From Okamejei kenojei (taxonomy: Eukaryota): a stretch of DNA of 64,000 nucleotides. Every line of letters begins with the position of its first letter. The first letter of the stretch is position 1. Position numbers and translations under genes: made by a program. The notes beneath the pieces were generated by a model that saw only the letters and a program-made list of their open reading frames with translations, had not been told where the DNA came from and did not search any database. This document shows positions 37,834 through 49,506 of this stretch, in pieces. The stretch lies in assembly GCA_035221665.1 (NCBI GenBank), contig CM069147.1, positions 19,778,001 to 19,842,000 on the forward strand, read 5' to 3'.

Positions 37834-40678
37834 TCATGCGTTAGGGTAAATGCAAACAGTAAAGCACAGGAATACAGGATCACACGTAATCGCCGTAACG
37901 GACCGGCGGCCTGACCAGGCGACCGGACCGGGTCCGCACCTTGCCATCACCTCCTTCCCCGACGGGAATAAGCGGGGATGCTGGGGCATGGTGGGGGCTA
38001 CGGATAGGAGAACCCTTTGGCGACGAAGGCATCGGGGGGAACGGCGAAGTGAAGGGCAAGGAAGCCGGAGAAAGCGGGACTGCAGCCGGGAGGCGTTCAG
38101 GAGGAGGACGAGGGGAGGTTGGCCCCAGAGGAACGGGCAATACATAGGGCCGCGACAGTGGCAGCGGGGGGGCATACGGAGCCGCCGGGGGAGGGAGAGG
38201 TGCTGGCAAGACCGGCGGTACACCCTTCCGTCGTGGTTGACAAGGTACGAACGAGGGGAACCGGCAGAACCGACGACCACGGCCAGCTTGGAACGGCCAG
38301 AAGAGGACCACATACGGACGACCTGGCCGGGGAGAAGAGGGCGGAGGACACGGCAGGACCTGTCGTGGGAACGCTTCTGGATACTGTGTTTTTGGGCAAT
38401 GCGTTCCCGGACCAAGGCAGGTTTAAAGACGGAGGGGGACAGGGACTGCTGAGACACCGGGACCGTGGGCCTCGTGACTCGGGACATGAGTCGCTGATCC
38501 GGGGAGCCCAGGGAACGGTCGCGGGAGATGTTGCGGAGGTTCAACAGGGCCAGGTAGATGTCGGAGCGGGATAGGCGACAACGTTCCAACAATCCTTTGG
38601 CACTGCGGACCGCGTGCTCGGCCAGTCCATTGCGGGTATTCCGGGCTGCTGGTGTAATGACGAAAGTTCCATCGTTCAGCAAAAGCGCGGAATTCGGCAC
38701 TGGTGAACTGGCTGCCGTTGTCCGACTGCAGGCTGACCGGAGACCCGAAGGTGGCAAAGTGGTGGCGCAATTTCTCGATGACCGCGGAGGAAGAGAGGGA
38801 GTGGAGCTGGTCAACTTCAAACCAGCTGGAGTAAGAGTCGACAAGCACCAGGAAGTGCTTTCCGTGCCACTCGAAGATGTCGGTTGCTAGCGCAGACCAT
38901 GGCAGGTCAGCAGCTGGCTGCTGCAGGAGCGGCTGCCGCTGTTGCTGTGGAGCGAGGCAGTTGCAGGTAGGGCACGCGGAGAACCTATCCCGGAAGTAGC
39001 GAGACATGTCGGGCCAGAAAAACTGGCTCTGAGCGATGGAAAGGGTCGCCTCAGCCCCAGGATGGCCACGATGAGCGGTTTCGAAGTATTGTTCTCGTAG
39101 TGCTTCGGGCACCACCACCTTGGGCCCCTTCACAATCACACCATCAAGCAGCACCAACTCGTCACGAACCAAGAAGTAAGGCACCGCTGCGGCCGGCAGG
39201 GAAGAACGGCGGTCTGGCCAACCCTGCTTGATGTTCGCGGCCAGCTGCTGTAGCGAAGCATCTGCTGCCGTGTGCTTGGCCAGGGACTGCAACTGACCGG
39301 AGGGCACGAAGTTAACGTTTAGGACTATCAGATCAGACGTCTCGTACGGATGTCGGGTTGTGGATGAGAGAGGCGCCCGAGACAGCGTGTCAGCAACAAA
39401 CATGTCCTTGCCCTTGCGATAAACCACTGTGAAAGTGAAGCGTTGTAGCTGGAGCATCATGTGCTGGAGCCGGGAGGAGGCCATGTGTATCGGCTTGTTG
39501 AGGATGGTGACCAGAGGCTGGTGGTCCGTCTCGACAGTGAAGCAGTTGCCCAGGATATAGTCTTTGAATTTGGAGCAGGCAAAGACAACCGCCAGCAGTT
39601 CTTTCTCAATCTGGGCATAGTTTTGTTCAGCGGTCGTCATTGTGCGGGATGCGTAGGACACAGGCAGTTGCACCCCGTCAAGGATCTGCAGGCAGGCGGC
39701 CCCGAGGCCAAACTTAGATGCATCATACGTGAGAACGTTGGGGCGCTGGAGGTCGAAGTACTTCAGTGAACGCACGCTGATCAGCTTAGATTTGAGGGTG
39801 TCAAATGCTCGCTGGTGCTGCGGGAACCAGGCCCAGGCAGTGTCCTTTTTCACCAGATCCCGCAGAGGGGCACTCAGTTCGCTCAGGTCGGGGATGAACT
39901 TTCCCAGGTAGTTGACCATGCCCAAGAAGCGCTGCAGGCCAGGCACATCAGCAGGTGCAGGCATCTCGGATATTGCGGCCGTCTTCTGCGGGTCGGGCTT
40001 CAGCCCCGATGCCGTGAAAACATGCCCTACGTAGGTGACCTCAGGGACCCGGAATCGGCACTTCTTCGGGTTGAGCTTCAGGTTGACCTCCCGGGCCCGC
40101 TGCAGCACCTGGCGAAGGTGGTGGTCGTGCTCAGCGACATTCTTCCCATAAACCAGGATGTCGTCGACAATGATGGCACACGGAAGTCCGGCAAACAGTT
40201 GTTCCATGGTCCTTTGGAACACCTCGCTGGCAGAGTTGATCCCAAACGGCATGCGGAGGAAGCGATACCTGCCGAAGGGCGTGCTGAAGGTCGTCAGGTG
40301 CGAGGATTGCTCGTCTAGAGGTATCTGCCAGAACGAACTCTTGGCATCAAGAACCGAGAACACGGTGGCAGGGCCGACCCGTGCAGCAACATCCTCCACC
40401 GTCCGCATGGGATAGTGCGGGCGCCTGATGGCCAAGTTTAAGTCCTTAGGGTTGATGCAGATCCGTATTTCGCTCTTGTCTTTCTTCGCAGCGACAGCCA
40501 TAGTAGAAACCCACCGGGTGGAGTCCGTTACTGGTTTCAGGATGCCCGTGGCCACCATCTCGCGAAGAGCAGACTCGACCTTGCCCCTCATGGCAAAGGA
40601 CACACGGTGCGGGGGACGGACGACCGGTGTGATGTCGGGATTGAGGGCAATCCTGTAGCTGCAGGGCAACTTCCCCAG
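37834..40678 (-). pseudogene. Gypsy Pol (RT-RNaseH-integrase) with an integrase frameshift near 38630
   Basis: RMPFG, IIVDDILV, DASKFGLGA, YAQIEKELLA, HRGHPG..CPTC, SDNGSQF; YPQ(S)NGLAE is split across frames. Confidence 0.88.
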
Positions 40679-41959
40679 CTACGAGTCAAACCGGTCCGGG
40701 AATTCAGCAAGTGGGTTCAGGGGTGCCTCTACCAGGTGGACATCACTGTGGAAGCTCACCAATCCGAGGTCCTGGCAGGCCTCCACGCCGAGCAGGGGGT
40801 CACATTTACCATCTAGCAGGAAGAAAGAGAGGGGCCGAGTGGTCTTCAGCACCTTGCAGTGGAGAGTTGCCCTCCCCACAGGAACAAGTATGCCACCCCC
40901 ATAGGCACGCAAAACAGCACTGTCTGTGGAAACGGGCTCATTATTTCTTATCTTCCTGAACAGGCTTGTTGGCATAACATTGGCAGCAGCCCCCGTATCG
41001 ACCTTAGCAGAGAAGGCCATGCCATTCACCGTGACTCGGACGGTCGGGTCCGTTATCAGAGCAGCTGCACCTCGCAAGGAAAACACACTCAGCTCGCTCT
41101 GGGAAGAGTCAGGGTCAGACGGGGAAAGATCATCGTGCTGGAGATGGGAACCAGACGCTGAATCATCACGTGTCAGGTAGCGAGACGGTTTCTGCTGTGG
41201 CAGTGCAGGGTTCCCACGGGAATGGCATGAAGCCGAGAAGTGGTTGGGCATGTTACAGAAATTACAGGTTTTCCCCAACGCCGGGCACACATTAAAACGG
41301 TGTGAGACAAAGTTACAATTTGGACATCGTTGAGGCAGTCTGAAGCCCTGCAGTGGTCTTACCCTCTGTCGCCGGGGAGCATTGTACTGGGGACCAGCGA
41401 GACTGGCTGTGTGGACCACAGGGTCAGGTACAGCGGAGGAGACGGCCTCAGCTAAACGAGAGGCATGCAGCGCCTCATCGAATGTCAGATCAGGCTTACG
41501 CAGCAGCTCAGAGCGCAGCTTATCATCCCGTAGACCAAAGACCAAGATGTCACGGGTCAAAGTATCAGGGGTCAGAACATGCAGGTCACATCGGCGAGCC
41601 AGTTGTCGCAGCGCGGCCACGAAATTGTCAATAGATTCCCCAGGGTTCTGGCGTCTGGAGAACAGTTTAAAACGCTCTAAGATGTGGTTAGTGGGAAGGT
41701 CACACAGCGCCATAAATTTAGCAAGCAGGCAATTAGGGTCCAGGATACTCTCACCCGGTCCATAGATGAACGATTCTGAACGCTCGAGTGCTTCGGGACC
41801 AGCCAGGTTAAGCAGCAGGGAAGCCTTGACAGCGGGGGCCACAGCAGGGTGAGCAATAGTAACATAGTGCTCAAAGTCCCGTCGGAACACACTCCAGCGA
41901 TGAGTGATGTCTGCATCAAAGACTAGGATGTCAGGTTTACGACAGGCAGAAGCCATCAC
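40679..41959 (-). CDS. Gypsy Gag-protease
   Basis: Zn-knuckle-like CPNC..H...C and CNFC..PNHF...C; protease VDTGA; ends at an in-frame TAG. Confidence 0.85.
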   Translation of the reverse strand: MMASACRKPDILVFDADITHRWSVFRRDFEHYVTIAHPAVAPAVKASLLLNLAGPEALERSESFIYGPGESILDPNCLLAKFMALCDLPTNHILERFKLFSRRQNPGESIDNFVAALRQLARRCDLHVLTPDTLTRDILVFGLRDDKLRSELLRKPDLTFDEALHASRLAEAVSSAVPDPVVHTASLAGPQYNAPRRQRVRPLQGFRLPQRCPNCNFVSHRFNVCPALGKTCNFCNMPNHFSASCHSRGNPALPQQKPSRYLTRDDSASGSHLQHDDLSPSDPDSSQSELSVFSLRGAAALITDPTVRVTVNGMAFSAKVDTGAAANVMPTSLFRKIRNNEPVSTDSAVLRAYGGGILVPVGRATLHCKVLKTTRPLSFFLLDGKCDPLLGVEACQDLGLVSFHSDVHLVEAPLNPLAEFPDRFDS

Positions 41960-42818
41960 GGCACAGGTAGGGGGTACTGGGACTAAGAAAATAAAGCGCG
42001 ATAGACCGGAGACGCAGAAAGAAGCACTTCTGACGCCATGTAGAGAAGGTACACAGACACCTTAAAGCCTTCACTACTTTATTAAGCTACATTATATATA
42101 GCCCTGGCTGTACGTGGTCTGTCACGATCACTAGAGAGAGAGCTAGGGGCGTGTGGGTTACAATTATACTAACTGGTGGGGGAGTGGTTAGCATGGACAT
42201 CGTTACTATCAATTAAAGGTGTACACACATATCATCTACACCTAGCTTGTGGAATGACCGTTCAGAAGCCTGATAACAGAGGGGAAGAAGCCGTTCCTGT
42301 GTCTGTTGATGTTTTCAAATGTTTTCCTGTTGGAAGCAGGGAGAAGAAGGACTGACAGCGAGGGACACATCTTTGATTATGTTGGTTGCTTTTCCGAGGC
42401 AGTGTGAAGTGTAGATGGACGAGTAATAGGAATTGGGATCCTTGGATAATAGGATCTTTGTTAGGATAGGGCTCAATTTTCATGAATAGATGGATCTGAG
42501 ATTCATGTGGCACCAAATAAAGCTAGGTTAGAATGTAATGTTCTGCTCTAAGGTTAATATTTAAAGTTTGCTGTAATATTTTATAGAAAAGCACGATTGT
42601 TGTTTAACATTCTGAGGGATCATCCAGTGAAGCTATGTGCGTACAACTGAGAAATAAGAATAGGGTGTTCACTCTAATGGGATTGTACTAAAGGCCTCCA
42701 ATAGTCAGTGGGAATTAGAGAAATAAATATTAGGGAAATCACAAATAGCTGCAAGAAAAATGTTTGTAACTGTGGGAGATTTTAACTTTCCAGATACAAA
42801 TGGGATCAAGTGTATCGT

Positions 42819-42872
42819 GGGGTGGAAGATTGCAACCTTCACGTGGTCCGCCCTGTTTCGACTAATGCAATC
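42819..42872 (+). ncRNA. Minimal HDV-like (double pseudoknot) self-cleaving ribozyme
   Basis: P1 GGGGTGG/CCGCCCT with G-U at position 1; P2 GATTGCA/TGCAATC; P3 ACC/GGT closing L3 TTCACGT; G42855 for P1.1; 1-bp P4 with TTCG loop; J4/2 CTAA with catalytic-position C42862. Confidence 0.8.
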
Positions 42873-42960
42873 AACTCGACGTGCACTAACGGAAGTTCAA
42901 ATAGAACAAGTTGTCCAACGACTTTAGGCTGTGCACGCCACACAAAAGAAGAAGAAGAAG
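42819..42960 (+). mobile_element. ~140-nt ribozyme-headed non-autonomous retroposon (SINE-like) with (GAA)n tail
   Basis: Flanked by direct repeat aagtgtatcgt(ggg) at 42808 and 42958; ends in gaagaagaagaag; a second copy lies at 22837-22972. Confidence 0.85.
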
Positions 42961-44179
42961 TGTATCGTGGGACATTGTGGAAAGATAGAGAAGAAATTGT
43001 GGTGCCACAAACAGGTATTTGTATCAACGGTAAGAACAGGTATGATACTGGAAGGTGGCTAATGTTGTACTTCTATTTAAGAAAGGCAAAGAAAAGCTTG
43101 AGAACTATAAACTGGTGAACTTAACATGAGTAATGGGTAAATTATTGGAGGCAAATCTGAGAGACAAGATATACAAGCATTTGGAAAGGCTAGGTCGATT
43201 AGGGATAGATAGTCATCATGGCTTTGTGTATGGGAAATCATGTCTCACAAATTTAACAAGTTTTTGAAGAGGTGCCCAAGAAATTCAATAAGGGAAATAC
43301 AGTAGATGTTTTCTCCATCAACCTTAGCAATGCATTTGACTGGTACCTCATGGTAGACCGGTCTGGAAATTTGGATCAGATGGGATCCAGGATGTTAGCC
43401 AATTTGTTACAAAAATGGCTTGTAGGAAGGAGACAGAGGGTGACTCTCTTTTCTGCATAGAATGGGAGGGTGAGTGGTTACCTTATAGAGGATTATAAAA
43501 AGTAATCGTGATGAGCCGCAGTTTTTTCCCCTAGATGGGTTAGTTTGAAACTACAGCATGTAGGTTAAGGAGAGAGTGAAAAGATTTAAACAGGACCTGA
43601 GGGTCAAATTTTTCCACACAGAGAGTGATGGGTATATGGAATGAGTGGTCAGAGAAAGTGTGGAGGTGGGTACAATTATGTAATTTAAAAGACACTTGCT
43701 AGGAAAGAGTTAGAGGGATAGGGGTCAGGCAAAGTAAGCAAGACTTGTTCATTTAGGCAACTTGGTTGGCTTGGAGGAGTTGGGCCAAATGGCCTGATTG
43801 CATGTTGTATAGCTCTATGACTTGTTTATATGGTAAATATCACCGGTGTTTCCTAAAAACAACTTGGTTGCCATGTTTTCTATACTAAACAGGAGCTATA
43901 TCAAAAGTACTTCATTGATTGAGAAGTACCTTGGCACATCCTGAGATCACGAATGGTGCGATGTAAATGCAACACTTTGTTCTTGCTAGGTGTTATTTGT
44001 GCAGGACTGCTAATGTCGGCACTGGGAAGATAAAGCCTCACAAGTCACCTGGTAATTTTATAATCCATTCCTAGTGGATAAATTGGAAGGACAGTTAATT
44101 AGAGGCCAAGAATGGATCAAAAGAAGATGGCCTAAACATTTTGCCCCTTCACTAACCCTGTGCAACTGTTTTCATTTAC

Positions 44180-44267
44180 CTCGTGGTATAATGTTGATAT
44201 TAGGAATACTGAGGCTTGTCCTTCCCATTTTGAATAACCATTCTCAACCAGTGGTCTATAAATATGT
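44180..44267 (-). CDS. DGAT1: DGAT1-like exon 15 equivalent (R-HIYRPLVENGYSKWEGQASVFLISTLYHE), includes catalytic His
   Basis: gttattcaacag|ACAT...CACGAG|gtaaat; 88 nt; aligns to [30 protein letters not shown]. Confidence 0.95.
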
Positions 44268-44779
44268 CTGTTGAATAACAAAAATAAGAATCATTGTTGT
44301 AGCAAACTACTTATTAGTCTGATTATGCAACTACCTTTGCACTAAAAGTTACAATTATCAGCTTGTTACTTAATAGTATTTAACTTTTAATGTAGGTGGA
44401 ACCTTACACCTGCCAAAAATAAGACTACATGCTAATTGTCCGATGTCACTGCAAATTATAATTACAGTGATGGTCTGATGATTGGATAATGATTAACTAA
44501 CTCCATCAGTATTCTGAAGGAGAGATTCAAAATATTTGATTATTTATTCATGGTTCTTCCTTCTCTGAACATGTTTTCCATCAACATACAGAAAATTATG
44601 GTTTAATAAATTGGATCATTCTTGTAAGTATGTTGTGCTTGAGTTAGCCCTAAAAGCTATAAAAATGAATGGTAGCCTGCAGGAAAAATCTGTTTTTGTA
44701 GAGACAATTTAAAAGATATTTGGACAGAAATATGGTTGGGAAAGGGTTAGAGGGTTAGTGGCAGTGTGAACTGTCTGGT

Positions 44780-45675
44780 GGCAGTGTGAACTGTGAAGAG
44801 GATGTTAGGAGGTTGCAGGGTGACCTGGACAGGTTGAGTGAGTGGGCAGATGCAGTATAATATAGATAAATGTAAGGTTATCCACTTTGGTGGCAAAAAC
44901 AAGGGGGCAGATTGTTATCTCAATGGGATTAGGTTAGGTAAGGGGAAGGTACAGCGAGACCTGGGTGTCCTTGTACACCAGTCACTGAAAGTTGCCGTGC
45001 AGGTACAGCAGGCAGTGAAGAAAGCTAATGGAATGTTGGCCTTCATAACAAGAGGATTTCAGTATAGGAGTAGAGAGGTTCTTCTGCAGTTGTATATGGC
45101 TCTGGTAAGACCATATCTGCAGTATTGCGTACATTTTTGGTCTCTTAATTTGAGGAAGGACATCCTTGTGATTGAGGCAGTGCAGCGAAGGTTCACGAGA
45201 TTGAACCCTGGGATGGCGGGACGGTCACATGAGGAAAGATTGAAAAGACTAGGCTTGTAATCACTGGAGTTTAGAAGGATGATGGGGTATCTTATAGAAA
45301 CATATAAAATTATAAAAGGACTGGACAAGCTAGATGCAGGAAAAATGTTCCCAATGTTGGGCGAGTCCAGAACCTGGGGTCACAGTCTTAGAATAAAGGG
45401 GAGGCCATTTAAGACTGAGGTGAGAAAACACTTTTTCACCCAGAGAGTTGTGAATTTCTGGAATTCCCTGCCACAGACGGCAGTGTAGGCCAAGTCACTG
45501 GATGGATTTAAGAGAGAGTTAGATAGAGCTCTAGGGGCTAGTGGAATCAAGGGATATGGGGAGAAGGTCAGGCACGGGTTATTGATTGGGGACGATCAGC
45601 CATGATCACAATAAATGGCGGTGTTGGCTCGAAGGGCCAAATGGCCTCCTTTTTGCACCTATTTTCTATGTTTCT
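44780..45675 (+). mobile_element. CR1 LINE 3' fragment
   Basis: ORFs 44838-45260 and 45279-45488 carry CR1 ORF2 motifs; ttctatg-repeat tail. Confidence 0.9.
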
Positions 45676-46769
45676 ATGAAAATGTGCCAAATGCAAGAAA
45701 ATATGTCTTGCTTAGATTGGGAGTCTTGCTTAGATTGGGCATCTTGGTCGGCATGGAAATGTTGCACTGACGGGACTGCTTCCGTACTGTATGACTCTGT
45801 GGCTCGAGAAGAAACTAAGCACAGGCAGATTAAAGAGTTATATAGGAAAGAAATTGCTAAAAACTCTGGGGTTAGTTTCAGGCAAGAAACATGCATTCTA
45901 TGAAGAAAAAGGCTACTTTTACTGAAGATCAAAAGAATCAGAATGGTTATAGGACAGAAGTCAATCATCCCAACATGTTTATTAGTTACGCCAGCACTTT
46001 GTGTTCTACACAGAATTCCTGCATCTGCAGTTCCTTTTGTCTCAAAGTTGTAGTGAAGCTTTATACAACACTGGTTCTTCCTCAACTGCAATATCGTGTT
46101 GAGTTTGGGCACTACACAATACTTAATATGGATACAGAAGAGTTTTACCAAAATTATTTCAAATATGAAATATTTACGCAAATGCACGTGTATAGTTTGG
46201 CTTGGTGCTCTGAGATGTCACTAAAATGCCTTTGAAAAAAAGGTTGTACTTTCTAAACTCTATTCAGAATAATAAGCAGGTAATCTAGGATTAAATTGAA
46301 ATAATTTACTTAAGTTGATTGTAGAGATTGGCTGCTCTCTATAAGTCAGAGGAGTTGCCTGGAAACCTTATAGATGTATTTCAAACTATAAAAGATTAGG
46401 TAGTGATAAGGTTTTTCCATTAACATGAAAATCAAGAACTGGGGTACATGAATGCCATTGGTACGTGAACCAAAAATGACACGAGGGTAAATTTATTTTG
46501 GTTGTAAGTAGTTAGGATCTGGAATAATAGCGAAGCTGGAACAATATTGAAGATGGATTCAATTGTTGTATCCAAAAGGGAACTGGAAAAGTATCTGTAA
46601 AACTTACAATGCTTTAGGGGTCTGTGGGGAGGTGGGACTTGCGAGATTGTTTATATAATGCTGGTAAGGACATAATGGGCTCTTTTGATGCAGTAAGATT
46701 CTGTAATTCTATAATTTCCACTCTCTTCACCTATTTCTCCTCAGGTCACTATTTTTCTGGATCTATTAT

Positions 46770-47395
46770 TTTTATAAATCAGAGCATTGAATATAGGAGT
46801 AGGGAAGTAATGTTAAAATTGTACAAGGCACTGGTAAGACCAATTCTGGAGTATGGTGTACAATTTTGGTCGCCTAGTTATAGGAAGGATGTCAACAAAA
46901 TAGAGAGAGTACAGAGGAGATTTACTAGAATGTTGCCAGGGTTCCGGCAACTATGTTACAGAGAAAGATTGAACAAGTTAGGTCTTTATTCTTTGGAGTG
47001 CAGAAGGTTAAGGGGGGACTTGATTGAGGTCTTTAAAATGATGAAAGGGATAGACAGAGTTAACGTGGATACATTTTTCCCATTGAGGGTAGGGAAGATT
47101 CAAACAAGAGGGCATGACATGAGAATTAAGGGACAGAAGTTTTGGGGTAACGTGAGGGGGAACATCTTTACTCAGAGGGTGGTGGCTGTGTGGAATGAGC
47201 TTCCAGCAGAAGTGGTGGAGGCAGGATCGATTTTAACATTTAAGAGTAAAGTGGATAGGTATATGGACGTGAAGGGAATGGAGGGGTATGGTCTGAGTGC
47301 AGGTAGATGGGACTAGGGGAAAACAAATGGTCGGCACGGAATGGAAGGGCCGAGAGGGCCTGTTTCCGTGCTGTAATTGTTATATGGTTATATCT
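46770..47395 (+). mobile_element. CR1 LINE 3' fragment (young, frame open to stop)
   Basis: ORF 46624-47316 from IEYRSREV onward; near-identical inverted counterpart at 4038-4590. Confidence 0.9.
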
Positions 47396-48439
47396 CACCT
47401 TTCAAGCGCTTAGAAATCTATTTTTATCTTCATTGGAGCAAGAGGAAGTTTTGAATATTAGAAAATCTTGGATTTATGGTTGATTAGATCTTGGATCTCC
47501 TGGTTATTCTCAATAAAATTGATCCTAGTGTTTTCAGGAAGAGAAGCGAATGGTTTGACAAATACTGTACAAACATAACCAACCAAGCAACTTCTCCCCA
47601 GATTTAGGGGGTCACACTGTCAGAGAGGCCTGTGATCATCAATCACATGTTGGCTGCCTTACCTATTCAACGTTCCTCTCCTCTGAGACATCTTGTCAAA
47701 ATTGTTGGATCACCCCATTGATCTCCTCCATTGATTGGGGCTCCCTTATGCCACAGAGGGTAGTTGAGGCCAGTTCATTGGCTATATTTAAGAGTGAGTT
47801 GGATGTGGCCCTTGTGGCTAAGGGGATCAGAGGGTATGGAGAGAAGGCAGGTACGGGATACTGAGTTGGATGATCAGCCATGATCATATTGAATGGCGGT
47901 GCAGGCTCGAAGGGCTGAATGGCCTACTCCTGCACCTAATTTCTATGTTTCTATGTTTCTATATCTTCCTTAAACTAATAATACAAATTCTCGTAGTAAT
48001 GTTAAGACATAATGATCGTTACTCGGGAAGAAGCAATAAAGATGTATGGTAAACTTCTTTCTGATTATGCCTGTCTATACAAGTAACATTATTTACGCAA
48101 ATGCACGTGTATAGTTTGGCTTAGTGCTCTGAGATATCACTAAAATGCCTTTGAAAAAAAGGTTGTACTTTCTAAACTCTATTCAGAGTAATAAGCAGGT
48201 AATCTAGGATTAAATTTAAATGTAGTGGTGACAGGCCATTTCAATATTGGAAAGTGGTGCATGAGGTAAGATTTAATACTGAATTTTGCCAAATTGTAGA
48301 TGTGTATTAGGGGAAATAATGTTGTTACTTATATAGACTGGCATAATAAAAAGGAAATCCACCATACAACTTCATTGCTTCTTCCCCAGTAATGATTATT
48401 ATGTCAATACTGTATTTCCACTAGAATTTGTATTATTAT

Positions 48440-48890
48440 GTTCATAAATTATAGGAGCAGAATTATGCAATTCAGCCCATCAAGTCTACTCCGCCATTCA
48501 ATGATGGCTGATCTATTTTTCCCTCTCAACCCCATTCGCCTGCCTTCTCCCCATAACCCCTGACATCCATCCTTTTATTCTGAGCCTATGGCCTCAGGTC
48601 TTAGACCCCAGACTCTCCCACTAGTGGAAACATCCTCTCTACATCCACTCTACCCAGGCCTTTCACTGTTCGACAAGTTTCAATGAGGTTCCTCATCATC
48701 CTTTTAAACTTCAGCGAGTACAGACCCAGTGTAGTCAAACACTCACCATATGTTAACCTACATGTAATCATCCCTGAGATCATTCTCGTAAACCTCCTCT
48801 GGACCCGCTCCAATGCTAGCATATCCTCCCATATGGGGTTCAAAACTCCAAATACTCATAATGCTCCAAATGCGGTTTGACCAGTGCCTC
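48440..48890 (-). mobile_element. CR1 LINE 3' fragment
   Basis: LALERVQRRFTRMI...MFPLVGES. Confidence 0.8.
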
Positions 48891-49440
48891 AGTATTAGTA
48901 CATTTGGTAATTTTACATTTATTAGCACATTTATTTATTATTCCATTCATTAGTACATTTTAAGGGAGATATAACATAAGAGAGGAAATGGAGCCCCAAT
49001 CAATGAAGAAAATAGATCGGGCAAGCCAAAAACATGGCCTGGAAATCTTAGATAAGTTATTAAACAGAGTCTCTACTAGGATGCATGGATCTTTATGGTG
49101 TTTAAAGAAAGTTCTACTGAGGAACTAGTTTACATTTTTTTAATAAGGTCACCTGAAACTTCTTGTTTAACTAATGTTCTGCTTAAGGGGTCTTGCTGCA
49201 CAGAAATTTGTTCATTCTATTGCCCCTTTAAACACTAATATTGCACTTTGAAAGCAATTAATTGCATGTATACATTTTGGACAACTCTAAGGATGAGATA
49301 AAATAAAGTATAATTCTTATTTCTGCAATCAAAATGAATGTGCCGTGGCCATTCAAGATTTCATAGATGAGAGCTCAGACCGACAGTGACTTTTAGATAA
49401 GTTTAAACTACAGCTAGCAAAATTCAGTTTTAAATCTTAC

Positions 49441-49506
49441 CTCATGCACCAGGTATGAAAAATAACATTTGAATTTGACCAGAAGTAAATGAGAGTCTCT
49501 GAGTTC
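49441..49506 (-). CDS. DGAT1: DGAT1-like exon 14 equivalent (W-NSETLIYFWSNSNVIFHTWCM-R)
   Basis: tctgtgcag|GAAC...ATGAG|gtaaga; 66 nt, phase 2/2; aligns to [23 protein letters not shown]. Confidence 0.95.

Larger units (their letters stand above)
37585..42240 (-). mobile_element. Young Ty3/Gypsy LTR retrotransposon (Mag-like), full length
   Basis: LTRs 37585-37787 and 42039-42240 (TG..CA) differ by one 1-nt indel; 5-bp TSD cctag; PBS TGGCGTCAGAAGTG (tRNA-Leu type); PPT GGTAGAGGAAGGA. Confidence 0.96.
42600..43830 (+). mobile_element. Old degenerate CR1 LINE (host of the ribozyme retroposon)
   Basis: Remnants of VGDFNFP, HGFV.GKSCLTNL and AFD motifs plus CR1 3' end. Confidence 0.7.

Noticed and set aside
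37850-41765. Many + strand ORFs over the Gypsy element
   Set aside because: Antisense shadows of GC-rich gag-pol.
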